DNA of 64,000 bases, taken from NCBI GenBank assembly GCA_021613535.1, contig CP075496.1, positions 5,766,001 to 5,830,000 on the forward strand, read 5' to 3'. The notes below the pieces were generated by a model, which saw nothing but the letters and a program-made list of their open reading frames with translations, ran no database searches and was not told the DNA's origin. This document shows, in pieces, positions 46,864 to 58,760 of this stretch (the stretch's first letter is position 1; each line of letters begins with the position of its first letter). Source of the DNA: Adineta vaga. Its lineage: Eukaryota; Animalia; Rotifera. Both the position numbers and the translations under genes were made by a program.

Positions 46864-49767
46864 ATGTCAAGTCGATTGACACAAAAAACAGCTCGATCAG
46901 TTATGTCATTATGGGCAAATGAATCGACTTGTTCTTTATCGACGGTTAATTGATTCTTGTTCTGCTTTATCTTTGCAAAACTATCTGTTATTAGTAGATG
47001 TCTAATGTAAAGAGTTGTGAACAACTTTATAATTGGTTTACACGTTCATGGTCAGGTAAGATTAGAAGTTGATTGGGATGTATACGTTTATCATTATTTG
47101 ATTATTATTGAATAGAATCGGAACAAAATGATTTTCTTCGACGATTGATTATGAAATTAGATGAAAGACAACATTATTTTATATCTTGTGGAATTATGGT
47201 AAGAAATTCATTAGTAGAATTGAAATAATATCTATTTCGTATATATGTAGCAACGTCGTTATCGTGATTTCATCAGTTTATTACCTGGAAAAATTGCTTT
47301 TCGGATATTAAATTATTTGACTGTACCTGAATTATCTCGATCTCGTCGAGTAAACGAACATATTGACTAAGAAAACAAAATAAACAGAATTTTCGTTTTC
47401 TTTTCAGGTATGTAAAACTTGGAAATCAATTATTGGTCATGAACGTGCTCTTTGGAAACCAAAAGTAAAAGAAAAAGCATCTGGTAATATAGAATCTAAC
47501 GTTTTTTCGATTCTACAGACTAAATTTTATTTCTATCTAGATAATTCAAATAAGATACAAGCAGACTGGGAAACTTTTCAAAAACAACGTTTCATTATAA
47601 AACGTCATTGGTTAACTGGAACAGCACATCTTACTAAATGTGAAGGTCATACAGAAAGGTATTGATTTGAAATGAATAATATCGTTTTTTCTCATGGATT
47701 ATGTTCAGCTATAGTTTGCATTGTACCTAAAGTAGGTTTTCGATTTTGATGATGTGGTATATTATATACTGGTAAATCATCAATCGTTAGTTTTCTTAAT
47801 AAGTCATTACTACTATTTTCATTTGTACTAAATGAAACACGAGAAAGTCGTCGTTGTACTGATGCAGAAACATACGGTTGATCGAGTCGTTTTAAAGATT
47901 GTTTCATAGCAGCAATATGTTTCACTGTCTTAGGATTAACATCAATAAAACGTTCTAATAATCTATGTGCGTAATTTTTGGTTTTGAGATGATGAACAAC
48001 TGCAATGAATACATGTATAACAAATGCAAATGCTAATAATAACGGTGCTAAATAACCTGATGAACCACCATGATGTGAACCAACAATTTTTTCACCTAAT
48101 GTAAATTCATAACATGTCGATCGAGGTTTATATTCATTTCCATATTCATCTATAAAGGAGATACATGTAACATAATCATCTTCATGTAAACCAATAAGAC
48201 TTAAAGAATTATGTGTATCAACTAGTCGTTGTTTTGGCAAATGTTCTATATGATCTGGAGACGCAAATGGTCGAAAATCAAAATAATAATATCGGTATTC
48301 ACCAAATGTTGAATTTGATATATCGAAGTAGACCGATACTTTACCAGTACGTGCATCTCTTGTATGACCAAAATTAAGATCTAAATTATCTGATGAAATT
48401 GCAGAATTTTCTGTATCAAGTGCTTGAATAGAACACAAGATAAGATTGAATAGGAGAAAGTATCTCGTCTTGATTTTCATGTTCGTCTGTTTTTATGATG
48501 TAAAAATGAAAGTAATAACATCATTGATGCTTAGAAATATCGTTTCATTGAAAAGATCATCAATAATAAATCTTTGTTTTCTAAAGGGTATTGTGTGTTT
48601 GTGGAAATGCAACGCACATAGCAACGGGTGGTCTTGATCGAAAAATTAAAATATGGTTATTAACTGATGGTACATTGTGTCAAACATTAATTGGACATAC
48701 CAAAGGTGTTTGGTCACTAAAATTTCTTTCAGCAGCAATTTTAATCAGTGGATCATATGAAGCAACACTTAAGGTGAGCATTTGTTTGATTTTAGAAGAA
48801 AAAAACATATCAGATTGGTTTAGATTTGGAATATAAATACGGGAGTTTGTTTACGAACACTTCTATCACATAAAGGTCCTATTTGGTCATTAGCATGTTC
48901 AAATGTATTCTGTCTATCTGGTTCTCAAGATCGAACTGTTTGTTGAATCGAAGATTGAAAAGATTGATTTTCTATTCTAAATTTTTCATAGGCTCGTTTA
49001 TGGCTTTTGCCTAAATGTGAATTACATGCAACATTAACGGGCCATACATCAAGTATTTTTGGTGTTGATCTCAATCAAGAACAAAATCTTTGTGCCACAT
49101 CCTCAGCAGATAAAGTATTGCAATATATAAAGAGGTTTTTCAGGAGATAAAAAACAAGAAATTCATTTCTAGACAGTCCGTCTATGGTCCTTAATGACAA
49201 ATCGATGTGTAAAAATATTGCATGCATCTACAGATGATTTTATTATGAGTGTATCACTTCAACATGGTTTCATTGCGTACGCATTTGGTGTACATATAAT
49301 TATCTACCGAGTTAATATTACAGAAATTCGTGCATGTACTGTACAGAAAGTAATGGAAACACAAGAACATTGTGGAAGGTAACTGATGAATTGAGAAAGA
49401 CTTTCTTTTGTTACGATTCTAGTTTGTTTTCTTTTCCCGTAGAATTGAAAGTGTTCAATTGATCAAATTAAATGAAGATGAAAAATTACCATCACTTGTA
49501 TCAGCTGGACACGATGGTTTAATTAAATATTGGGATTTAATCAAGTAAAATATACTATTTTTTGTAGAATGAAAGCATTGATTGATTGATTGATTGATTT
49601 TTTTTTAAATTTCTTTCAGTATTGCAAGTCAACATACTTATAATGTACAAAATGAAGATCTTGTGAAAATTAATTCTATTTATGCTGATCCAACTCATAT
49701 TGTTACTGTTTGTGATGATACTTCTGTGAAAATATTAGATTTTTCTATTCGAAAACATGATGATTAA
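46864..49767 (+). CDS. F-box/WD40 protein with a beta-TrCP-like dimerisation segment; start uncertain (46864 or 46998)
   Basis: WSESEQNDF.. (D-domain-like), DFISLLPGKIAFRILNYL..PEL.R..RVCKTWK...LWK (F-box), WD repeats GHTER..ATGGLDRKIKIW, GHTKGVWSL..ISGSYEATLKIW, SHKGPIW..SGSQDRT.RLW, GHTSSIF..TSSADKTVRLW, SAGHDGLIKYWD. Confidence 0.85.
47692..48480 (-). CDS. Intronless type I membrane protein (signal peptide, FN3-like ectodomain, TM) nested antisense in the FBXW intron 47659-48586
   Basis: 262-aa ORF with signal MKIKTRYFLLFNLILCSIQA, FN3-like SLSLIGLHEDDYVTCISF, TM YLAPLLLAFAFVIHVFIAVV, and a cytoplasmic RRLSRVS motif. Confidence 0.8.
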   Translation of the reverse strand: MKIKTRYFLLFNLILCSIQALDTENSAISSDNLDLNFGHTRDARTGKVSVYFDISNSTFGEYRYYYFDFRPFASPDHIEHLPKQRLVDTHNSLSLIGLHEDDYVTCISFIDEYGNEYKPRSTCYEFTLGEKIVGSHHGGSSGYLAPLLLAFAFVIHVFIAVVHHLKTKNYAHRLLERFIDVNPKTVKHIAAMKQSLKRLDQPYVSASVQRRLSRVSFSTNENSSNDLLRKLTIDDLPVYNIPHHQNRKPTLGTMQTIAEHNP

Positions 49768-50487
49768 ATAGTTTCTTGTTTGCTTTCTGTGTTTTTTTTG
49801 TCAATAAAATCACTTGAAGACAAAAGAATGACAAGATATTAATACAGTAAGTTTATTTCTATATAAAAATAGAATGCACGTACTTAAGAACCTCTTCTAA
49901 AATGATAAATAGCGACATCTATATAATAATTTATTTGTCTGTTTATTGACTTTACTTCGAAAGTGCATATATGGAAAAACACACAATAAAATATTCTCAT
50001 TCGATTGTCTATTATTCTACGCTCTTATTTCAATTAATTTTGAGATATTTGAATCATTAGAAAATGAAAGGTTGTTAGATAATCGACTCATTAACTATGT
50101 TGAAATCCTCTCTAATGATGGTTTGGACCAACAGAATCTAGAAGAAAGAAAAATAATATGGCTCAAAAGCCGCCCGACAAGAACATATACGTAACCGTCG
50201 TTCGTTTATTCTATCACTACTATTTCATATTTGTATTTAGTCTTCATTATTGTCTACAATCAGAGACATATCTGTCTGCAGATCATTTTCATTTTATTCT
50301 CACTTAGGCGCGTGTCTTTAACAATGTGAGCAATAGTAATATTAATATGAATTAGTGAAAAGAACCTTATAAATTATTCCATTTCTTTTTTTGATAAAAT
50401 AGAATATGAAAAAATTATCATTTTGAAAATCTATTTGTAGATAATACATACCTGATCGATTTGTTTTTCTTCATCGAAAAAACAAAA

Positions 50488-53260
50488 ATGTCAAACGATG
50501 CACGTCAAAAGAATTACAAACATCGAGGTCTTGATAGTGAAGAATTACGTAAAAGACGTGAAGATTTAAATGTTACTTTACGTAAACAAAAACGAGAAGA
50601 ACAGGTATTAATTTCTTTAGTACTCTTCTCTCGCTAAAACTAATCATTATATTTTTTTCAAATTTTAGCATTTTAAACGACGAAATTTAGCAAGTACAAA
50701 TGAGCCTGAAACATCAACTCCATTTGGTGTGTCAGGTGCTGGTACTCAACCAAGTGGACCTTCAGAACCGGTAAAGAATGATTTCTATGATAGATAATGA
50801 AAGAAAAATCGAAGTGTATTAGAAAACAGAGTGAGAAAATGAGCATTCTCCTAAACTATAACATTTGAAAGATGTTTTTGCACTTACTATCATGGTTGAA
50901 ATGGTAGTAAGTTAGTTGGAAATAACAGATGTAATGTGTATGTCCTCACCTTCACATCAAACAAACGTTAGTCAGAATTTTTTATATTTTTGTTGATCTT
51001 GCTCGCTCTCTTATAATTTGATTTTAAATGTTAAAACAACGCTTTGTTTTGCCAGGCATAAAAAATTATAAAATGGCTTTTTCTAAGTTATGTTTTGTCA
51101 TCGTCATCATTAATAATTACATAGTCTAGATGCTTTTCTAATTTGATGATATGTGTGGGAAATTATATTGATATTTATCAATCGAACAATAAATAAATCA
51201 AAGGAAATAATCATGATTTCAAAGAAACTAATTGTTCATATCGAATAAAGATATATGATGTATCATAGGTTATTACCAGTCAAATGGTTGCAGCTCTATT
51301 CGGTGACGATCCTCAACTGATGCTTGATGCAACAATTCGTTTTCGAAAATTACTTTCGAAAGGTTTTCTAAATCAATCAATTTATTATTTTTTCGCAATA
51401 AAACTAGTTTCTCATTTTCTTAGAACCTAATCCACCTATTGATGAAGTTATCACCGCTGGTATCGTTCCACGCTTTGTTGAATTATTGAAATTTCAACAT
51501 TTTCAAATTCAAGTAAGTTCGATTGAGAAAGAATCAGCGATGTGAAAAATATTCTCGTCATTTGTAGTTCGAAGCTGCCTGGGCCTTGACAAATATTGCA
51601 TCAGGAAATTCAAGTCAAACGAAATATGTCATCGATGCTGGTGCAGTACCAGTTTTTGTTCAATTATTAAGTAGTGCTAATGAAGATGTTCAAGAACAAG
51701 TACTTATTTCATTACTAAGAATTTGATTTTGATTAATGCAATATTCCTTATGTTTAGGCTGTTTGGGCATTAGGAAATATTGCTGGTGATAGTCCTGAAT
51801 GTCGTGATTATGTTCTTGACACAGGTGTTCTTCAACCATTATTAAAGTACGAAGAAAAAGAGAACATTCTCTTCTTCTCCTATTCTTTCAAAATATTAAT
51901 GTATGTTTTTTTTTCTTTTCTCTTCAGTATCTTTTCACGGAATACACGCTTAACAATGGTACGAAATGCAGTATGGTGTTTATCGAATTTATGTCGTGGT
52001 AAAAATCCAGCTGTTGATTTCAATAAAGTAAAGATGATATGCAACTTTGAAAATATACAAATAGAATCATTTAGGTTGCAGCAGCATTACCCGTTCTTAG
52101 TCGTTTACTCTATAATCTTGATTCAGATGTATTAGCTGATACATGCTGGGCTATTTCATATCTATCTGATGGACCTAATGAGAAAATTCAAGCAGTCATT
52201 CAAGCTGGTGTTACAACAAGACTTGTGGAATTATTAGCGTAAGAAAATGACCCCGTTCTTTTTAATAGGATAAGTCAATGTGAACTTGTTTTTAGACATC
52301 CAATTTTAAACGTACAATCATCAGCTTTACGTGCCGTTGGAAATATTGTTACAGGTGATGATCAACAAACTCAGGTATAGTATTCATTTGAATGTATAAC
52401 TTGGTTTTCTCATTGTTTTCACTATTGTTTCTAGCTTGTTCTTGATGCCGGTGTTCTTTCACATTTATTAACATTACTTCAAAGTCAAAAAGAATCTATT
52501 AAAAAAGAAGCTTGCTGGACTCTATCAAATATAACAGCCGGAATTCAGGTTCAAATTCAAGTAAATATTTTAAATAATTTTTCTTCTAATGAATATCTAT
52601 GATTTCATAATCTAAAGTACCTTCATAGTTCTTTTTTTATGTAATCATACTTGTTTTTAATTCTAGGCTGTTATTGATGCAAATATCTTTCCATCCTTGA
52701 TCAATATTCTTAAACATGGTGATCATAAAACTCGAAAAGAAGCTGCCTGGGCCGACTAATGCCACATCCGGTGGTACACCACAACAAATAAAGTGAAAGA
52801 TATGCATTTATTTATTTCATTCTATTTGGATTTTCTTTTTTTCCCTCGAAGATATGTGATTGATCAAGGCGCAATTCCACCTCTATGTGAATTATTAAGT
52901 GTTACAGATACGAAAATCATTCAAGTAGCTTTTAATGGTTTGGAAAATATTCTAAAATTAGGTGCAGCAGAAGCAAAACGAACGAATGGACCCAATCCAT
53001 ATGCAATTATGATTGAAGAATGTTTCGGTTTAGATAAAATTGAATATCTTCAAAGTCATGAAAATATTGAAATCTATCAAAAAGCTTTTCATCTCATAGA
53101 AACATATTTTGGTGTTGAAGAAGATGAAAATCTTCCTCAACAAGGTGAATCTGCACCATTTGAATTTGGTACAACGAATACATCGACAACAAATGGACAA
53201 ATGAATTCAACCGGTGTGAATATCAATCAACAATCGACACAAGGTCAATTTCAATTTTGA
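50488..53260 (+). CDS. KPNA6: Importin-alpha, alpha1 (KPNA1/5/6) subfamily; apparent frameshift at ~52754
   Basis: IBB domain [23 protein letters not shown]; ARM repeats [65 protein letters not shown]; [36 protein letters not shown]. Confidence 0.93.
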
Positions 53261-53927
53261 ACAGTTTAACTTTAGTAATTGAATGATGAAGACTATCTTT
53301 AGATATATGTCTCTCACTTACTTCTTTTCTCTCTCTCTCTCTCTCTTCTTTTTTTGTTATAACAACTTGTCTTTTTTTTTAAACTGAAACCTTCTATAAT
53401 CTCCTGTTTTTCATTCTCATTGATAGATCTGCTATACGAGCATTTTTAATGTTGAACGAAAGCACTATGAAGAATAATCGCATTCTTTTCTCTTTCTTTC
53501 TTTCTTTCTTTTTCTTCTTCTACCGGTGATCATGCCGCAAGTATTTGTCTGTGTATGTGTTTATTTTTCTTTTTTGGATAACAACAGGATATGAACAGCG
53601 GCGACATGTTATTTTCTTCATCTTTTAATCAAGAAGATTTAAAGCAATGAAGATAATTTTCCTTTGGAAAAATCTGTGAATAGATGATTTCATTCTTCGC
53701 TACTTAGTTAAACAGTGTAAGTTACTAAAAGGAACAAAGAGTATATGTATTTTGTACAAACTCGATGCAAAGAATACGTGACTAATACGTTTTTTTAGAC
53801 GAAGCTAAATATACTATATTAATTATTATCATCAACATTCGACTGGTCAGGTGTAACAATCTCGAGTTCGTTCATTGAATTGTATAGTACATGAGTGATA
53901 ATATCAATCGTAATATTATATTCGTGT

Positions 53928-54438
53928 CTAGTCTTCTTCCTCAGTCATTTCTTCTTCTTCATCTTCTTCGTTGATGTCTTCTTCTGATGTCAATTCTGAT
54001 GTAATTGTACGTCGAGCTTCTTCAAATGCCTTTTCAGTTTCGACAGATGGATCATTTTTTTCTAGAAATTCTTGTGCAAATTCATCTTTAGGTAGAGGAG
54101 GTTGACTTGGATTGAACTCTTCATATTTCTGACCCCAGCCAACATATAAATTGAAATATTTCCTACAACAGCTTGAATCAATAGATGATAGTAAAAAAAT
54201 TCTAATAATACATACTCAGCATGACCAAGAGTAAAAGCACCTGGCCAAATATTCGATCTCACATAACACATGCTATACTCACGCATGATAGACATTGTTA
54301 AACCGATAGACCATGGAGTTTGATCGGTATGCATTAATTTATCATCACCAATTGGTTGTAAAAGTGGAGCTGGAATTTGAAGTTTATTTTCATCTAATAT
54401 ATCTTCATCTTCGTCTCCTTCACCACCATGACTCATAG

Positions 54439-54480
<42 letters not shown>

Positions 54481-56444
54481 CAAAAGAAGGTGGGCGCCAA
54501 AATCGAGTACGTCCTTGCGGTAAAATTTCAGGTAGAGAATGAACCCATTCTTGTAAGTTTTCATCAGCTAACAATTCAGCTGTGATTGGATTTGTTACAT
54601 CATCATTGAATTCAGAATTAATTCTAATCTTTGGTTCTATTATTTGACTTTCTCTAATTATGATATTCTATATAACATGCAAATTCTTTTACCTTTATAT
54701 TGATCACTGTCAGTAGTTTCTCCTTCTCCTTCTTCTTCGTCTGTTTCAGTATCCGATAAAATATAGAATCCAGCTGGGGAGATATGCGTCGTTGCTGTAA
54801 TACGCGCAATTTGTGCTCGTAAATAATCTTTTTCTACACCAATAAATGGTGGAAAACCATTCACCAGTGATGAAAGACATCCAGTGAAAAAACATCGAAT
54901 TTTTCGAGCATGATCAATCATTGCTGGTTTCACATCAGGTAGTTTTATCCATGGAAGTCCAGGTGAATTAGTTACGAAGTACGTATATTGGTTAGTACCA
55001 ACTCCACGTGGTTCATTAGGAATTTCCATCGATTCTGTTTGTATTGCAGGCTGATTTGTATATTGAAGTCTTTTTTCTGTTTTTAACAGTAGTTTTGAAC
55101 CAATAATGTCAATTTCATCGAGTGAGATTTCTTTCTCGTTTTGAATCTTTTCTAATAGTAACAATCTTATATGTTATGATAATTATTAATTCTACCTGAA
55201 CGATATAATAATTGCAATGTAATCCAAATATTTTCCCCCAAAACTTCATTTCCGTACAATTAATTCGATCGTTCAAACGTTTCATAGCTGACCAAATCCT
55301 ACAGAAACAGAAAAGAATCAAATAAGAAAATTCCACATCAATTCATGTTTTTCTACAGAATGATCTCAGTAGGATGAATACCATATCCCGCATTCGTACA
55401 ATAATTAGATATGTCCATCAGATAAGGAACAATAGAACTTGCAAAATCTTTAGAATTCAATAAATATCGTTCTTTTCCCTGAAATAAGGATTTTAAAGAA
55501 AACAACCTTATTGCATAAAAGATGAACCTGCAATAATTGAGCATGGATTTTCGTCAACATTAAATCGGCATCATTTTTTGGTAGTCGTAAATCGGATCTT
55601 AATATTGGATAATTTAATTTTTCCAATAGATCATCTATAATTAATAATAATTCTTAGTGATGTAGAGTATAGAATGACTCTTATCTTTTACTGATATTCG
55701 CTTGTGGATTTTGAAGCGCATCACCAATAATATATGCAAGATGATCGTATCTAAAGAAAATCTTTATTCGAACATTTAATCTAAGATGATTTTTGCTTAC
55801 AAGCTGATCTCTTCATGATGCTTTGTTTTAAGTAAATGAGCTTTTGCATCGATGTAAGTATCTTGACGTACAAATTGTTGAGATTTTAGTTGATATTTCA
55901 AAAATTTATCTGTAGAATTGAAAAGTAAAAATAATTTTCGGAATGTTTGATTCTCACCGACATCCCAACTAACCCAGATTAAAAATGGCACGGATGAATG
56001 AAACATTAATTTGAATATATCTGTCTCATATAATCGATTAGAAATCGTTGTTTTATTGATAATCTTTGATTTTTTTAATGAAAGAAACAATTAGAATAGA
56101 GTACTACAAAGAATATATACTGATTATGCTTACAAGAAGGCGATCACCTTGTTTCAGAGAATTACTCAAATCCGGATGTAATATTTGTTTTATAAACCAG
56201 AAATCATCGATTTTAATAATATCAAATGGTTTTTGACGTAAACGTCGTGTCAAGATAACACAACGTATATTTCCCATCTGATGAACATCAACATCCGTAG
56301 GTAAACTTACTCCTGTTGATAAATAGCACTTTAGATCGATCACTAGTAACAAAAATGTATACTTTGTTCAGTAATAATATCAAGAAATTGATTTGATGAT
56401 TCAATATTCAGTGAGTATGCCAAAGGTATCTGCTCTGATTCCAT
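53928..56444 (-). CDS. RSPH4: Radial spoke head protein RSPH4/6 family with an N-terminal PDZ-like extension
   Basis: AKAHLLKT...SLYDHLA; KFWGKIFGL.CNYYIV; E.RGVGTN.Y.YFVTN.PG.PW.KLPDV.P..I..AR.I..FFTG; FPPF.G.E.DYLRAQIARI.A.T.ISP.GFY; WVH.LP.ILPQGR; VRSNIWPGA; NLYVGWGQKY. Acidic C-terminus. Confidence 0.88.
54438..54479. repeat. (GTT)14 microsatellite encoding poly-Thr inside the RSPH4/6 CDS
   Basis: Directly visible. It lies where RSPH4/6 proteins normally have an acidic low-complexity loop. Confidence 0.9.
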
Positions 56445-56839
56445 CGTGATATATGATTTTATTTTTAATCAATTTGTTCATTTCGCGCTAAAAAGACTTT
56501 TTTCGTCTAAGATCTAGTCAGTGATTCATTTTTCGTATGGTCAACTTCAAACAAGTATTTATGTTTCATGACATTCATCCCACTATCTTCTACTGAAATA
56601 GACAACAATCTATAATTTCGTTTTTTTGTTCTCTTATCTTTTACCTATTTCATGACAACTAGTCAGAACAGACAATTTAATAACTAATTTGTCATGAACA
56701 AAAGTTATGACCAGAATATACTTTACTCATTTTTGTCTCCTGACAATCAGCATCTTCATATTTTCCAATATATTTTATATATCACTTTTAAACGACTTCA
56801 GGATTCTTTTCATTTTCATTAAAAGTTCAAGTAGCAAAA

Positions 56840-58151
56840 ATGAAGTTCGTATATTTGTTGACAGTCTTATATTTCATTTGTATATCATTTGAATATGCCC
56901 ATCATAATGTTAGTCTATTTCATCCATGGATTTTACCATCTTATATAAGTAAAATATAGTTTTTATGAGTTAATCTGAACAATTTAAGTTCCTTTCTTTT
57001 GAAGAAAAATGTTCATGGACCATATGGTTTAATAGTGGAAAACCATATAATTCTAGTAGTGGTGATTTTGAAGATACGATTGCAATCATAGCTAATAATC
57101 CTGAAACAATATGTAGAGCACCTATTGGTATCGAAGTTCAATCAATTAATTACGAAAATGGTAACTGGAATTATGAATAGCAAACAATACATACAGCTGA
57201 TAATATCACTTTGTTCTCATTTCATTCAACAGAGCCAGCAGGTGTTGATTTTCGTGTACGATATTGTTGTCCGAACAATATTTTAACTAGTTCAACTCCT
57301 GAAACAACAACTGAGTCATCCACCTGTGGAGTTCAAGAAATCATGCCACAGACGAATGAGAATACATCAGAGAGTATTTATGATATAGAAGCAGTAGCAA
57401 ACTCATGGCCATGGGTAAATATTGATTAAGAAAATTATATCTAATTCGATCTCTAAGTGATTACTGTATATATAGATGATCTATGTAAACAAATCAAGGG
57501 TTTGCTCAAACGAAACTTGTTCGACAGATTGTGGTGCCATATTAATTGATAAAGATCATCTTATCACTAGTGCTCATTGTATCGACATGATAGATCCAAT
57601 GAATATTAGTTTAATCGCTGGTGCACATCGTCTATCATCTACATCTGAACAGAATCAACGACAATTGCGCTCAATTAAACAGATATTTCTTCATCCTGAA
57701 TACAATTCATCAATAAATGTCAATGACATTGCTACTTCGTCTAGAGACATCATTCATATTCACAAAATATGTACAACCAATATGTCTATACAATGTAAAA
57801 AGCCAGTTTAACGAGAAAGTAATTGTTGTCGGTTGGAGAAGAAAACAGTTTAATGGTGTAAATTACAAGACATTGAAACAAGTTTATACTACAGTTATAA
57901 ATGATTGCAAATCTTACTGGTCATTCTATGATAATAACTTTCAACTATGTGTTCCAAATATGTTCAATAAATCTTCAATGTGTCAAGATCATGAGTATGG
58001 AGCAATTTTTACGCAACAGAATGGACACTATGTTCTTGAAGGTATATCCAGTTATATGAAAGAATGTAATACAATAGACGAAGGATATAAACCGAGTATT
58101 TATACACGTATATCCACTTTTCATACATGGATCAATCAAATTGTTCAATAG
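56840..58151 (+). pseudogene. Secreted WxxW(mucin-type)-domain plus trypsin-like protease homologue, probably pseudogenised and non-catalytic
   Basis: CSWTIWFN..KP....GDFE.......IC..P..IE...DFRVRYCC (WxxW domain); SWPW, CGAILI...LITSAHC, NDIA, VQPICL, VVGW, PSIYTRIS.F..WI (S1 protease). In-frame TAG at 57178, frameshift at ~57734, GDSGGP replaced by DHEYGA. Confidence 0.75.
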
Positions 58152-58689
58152 AAAGTATAAATAAGATATTAAATGTTATACTTCCATTGAAATTTGATAA
58201 ATCAATAAATTGGAACTTTTTTGTTTCTTGTCATATGTGACAAATATATATATATTAAATATCTTTTAAATATCTAACAGACGTGTGTGTGGTATGTCAA
58301 ATTGAAAATGCATTTCTCTTCAGTAAAAATGCCTTCCACAACAATGAATTTTTTCATTTTTTTCTATTTGCTACTAAACTTAAGTATAATAATGATCGTT
58401 TTACAAAATGTCTTTGCATAATCGATAACTAAAAGAAGTCTGAATGGTTGCACTGAAAACAAGATGGTAATCATTGAAATAATTGCAAAAGCAAATGGAT
58501 CCGATCAAATACGAGTAATCAAAGATCATTTATTAGGCACACTAATGATCGAAGACGAGTCGAACTTTTTGATTAATCACATAAACACATATTAGATTCC
58601 ATGCTAGAACTATTTCAAGGTCAAATTCTTATTTTCGATCATTCATAATAAGTACGAATATATGGTAATAAGTATTTTCTGTATACAGC

Positions 58690-58760
58690 AGATGAAACAG
58701 CTGGAAATGTGATGAGAAACCGCCAGAGAACTATCTTATGTCCAGAAACAATGATCGATG
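58690..58760 (+). mobile_element. Possible hAT transposase C-terminal dimerisation-domain remnant
   Basis: TAGNVMRNRQRTILCPETM resembles the hAT motif S.AG......R..L.PE.V. Very short; no TIRs found. Confidence 0.2.

Noticed and set aside
34410-49767. Axin and a beta-TrCP-like F-box gene ~10 kb apart as a Wnt destruction-complex cluster
   Set aside because: The WD40 repeats are too divergent to call beta-TrCP orthology, and several unrelated genes lie between them.
50771-51268. Unusually long importin-alpha intron as a possible snoRNA host
   Set aside because: No convincing C/D box pair with terminal stem or H/ACA layout could be identified by eye.
55140-55200. Apparent frameshift in RSPH4/6 between ORFs 55115-55336 and 54658-55164
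   Set aside because: Resolved by a 49-nt phase-0 intron GTAGAA..GAAAAG, giving YYIVQ|IQNEKE. AAG acceptors occur elsewhere in this window.
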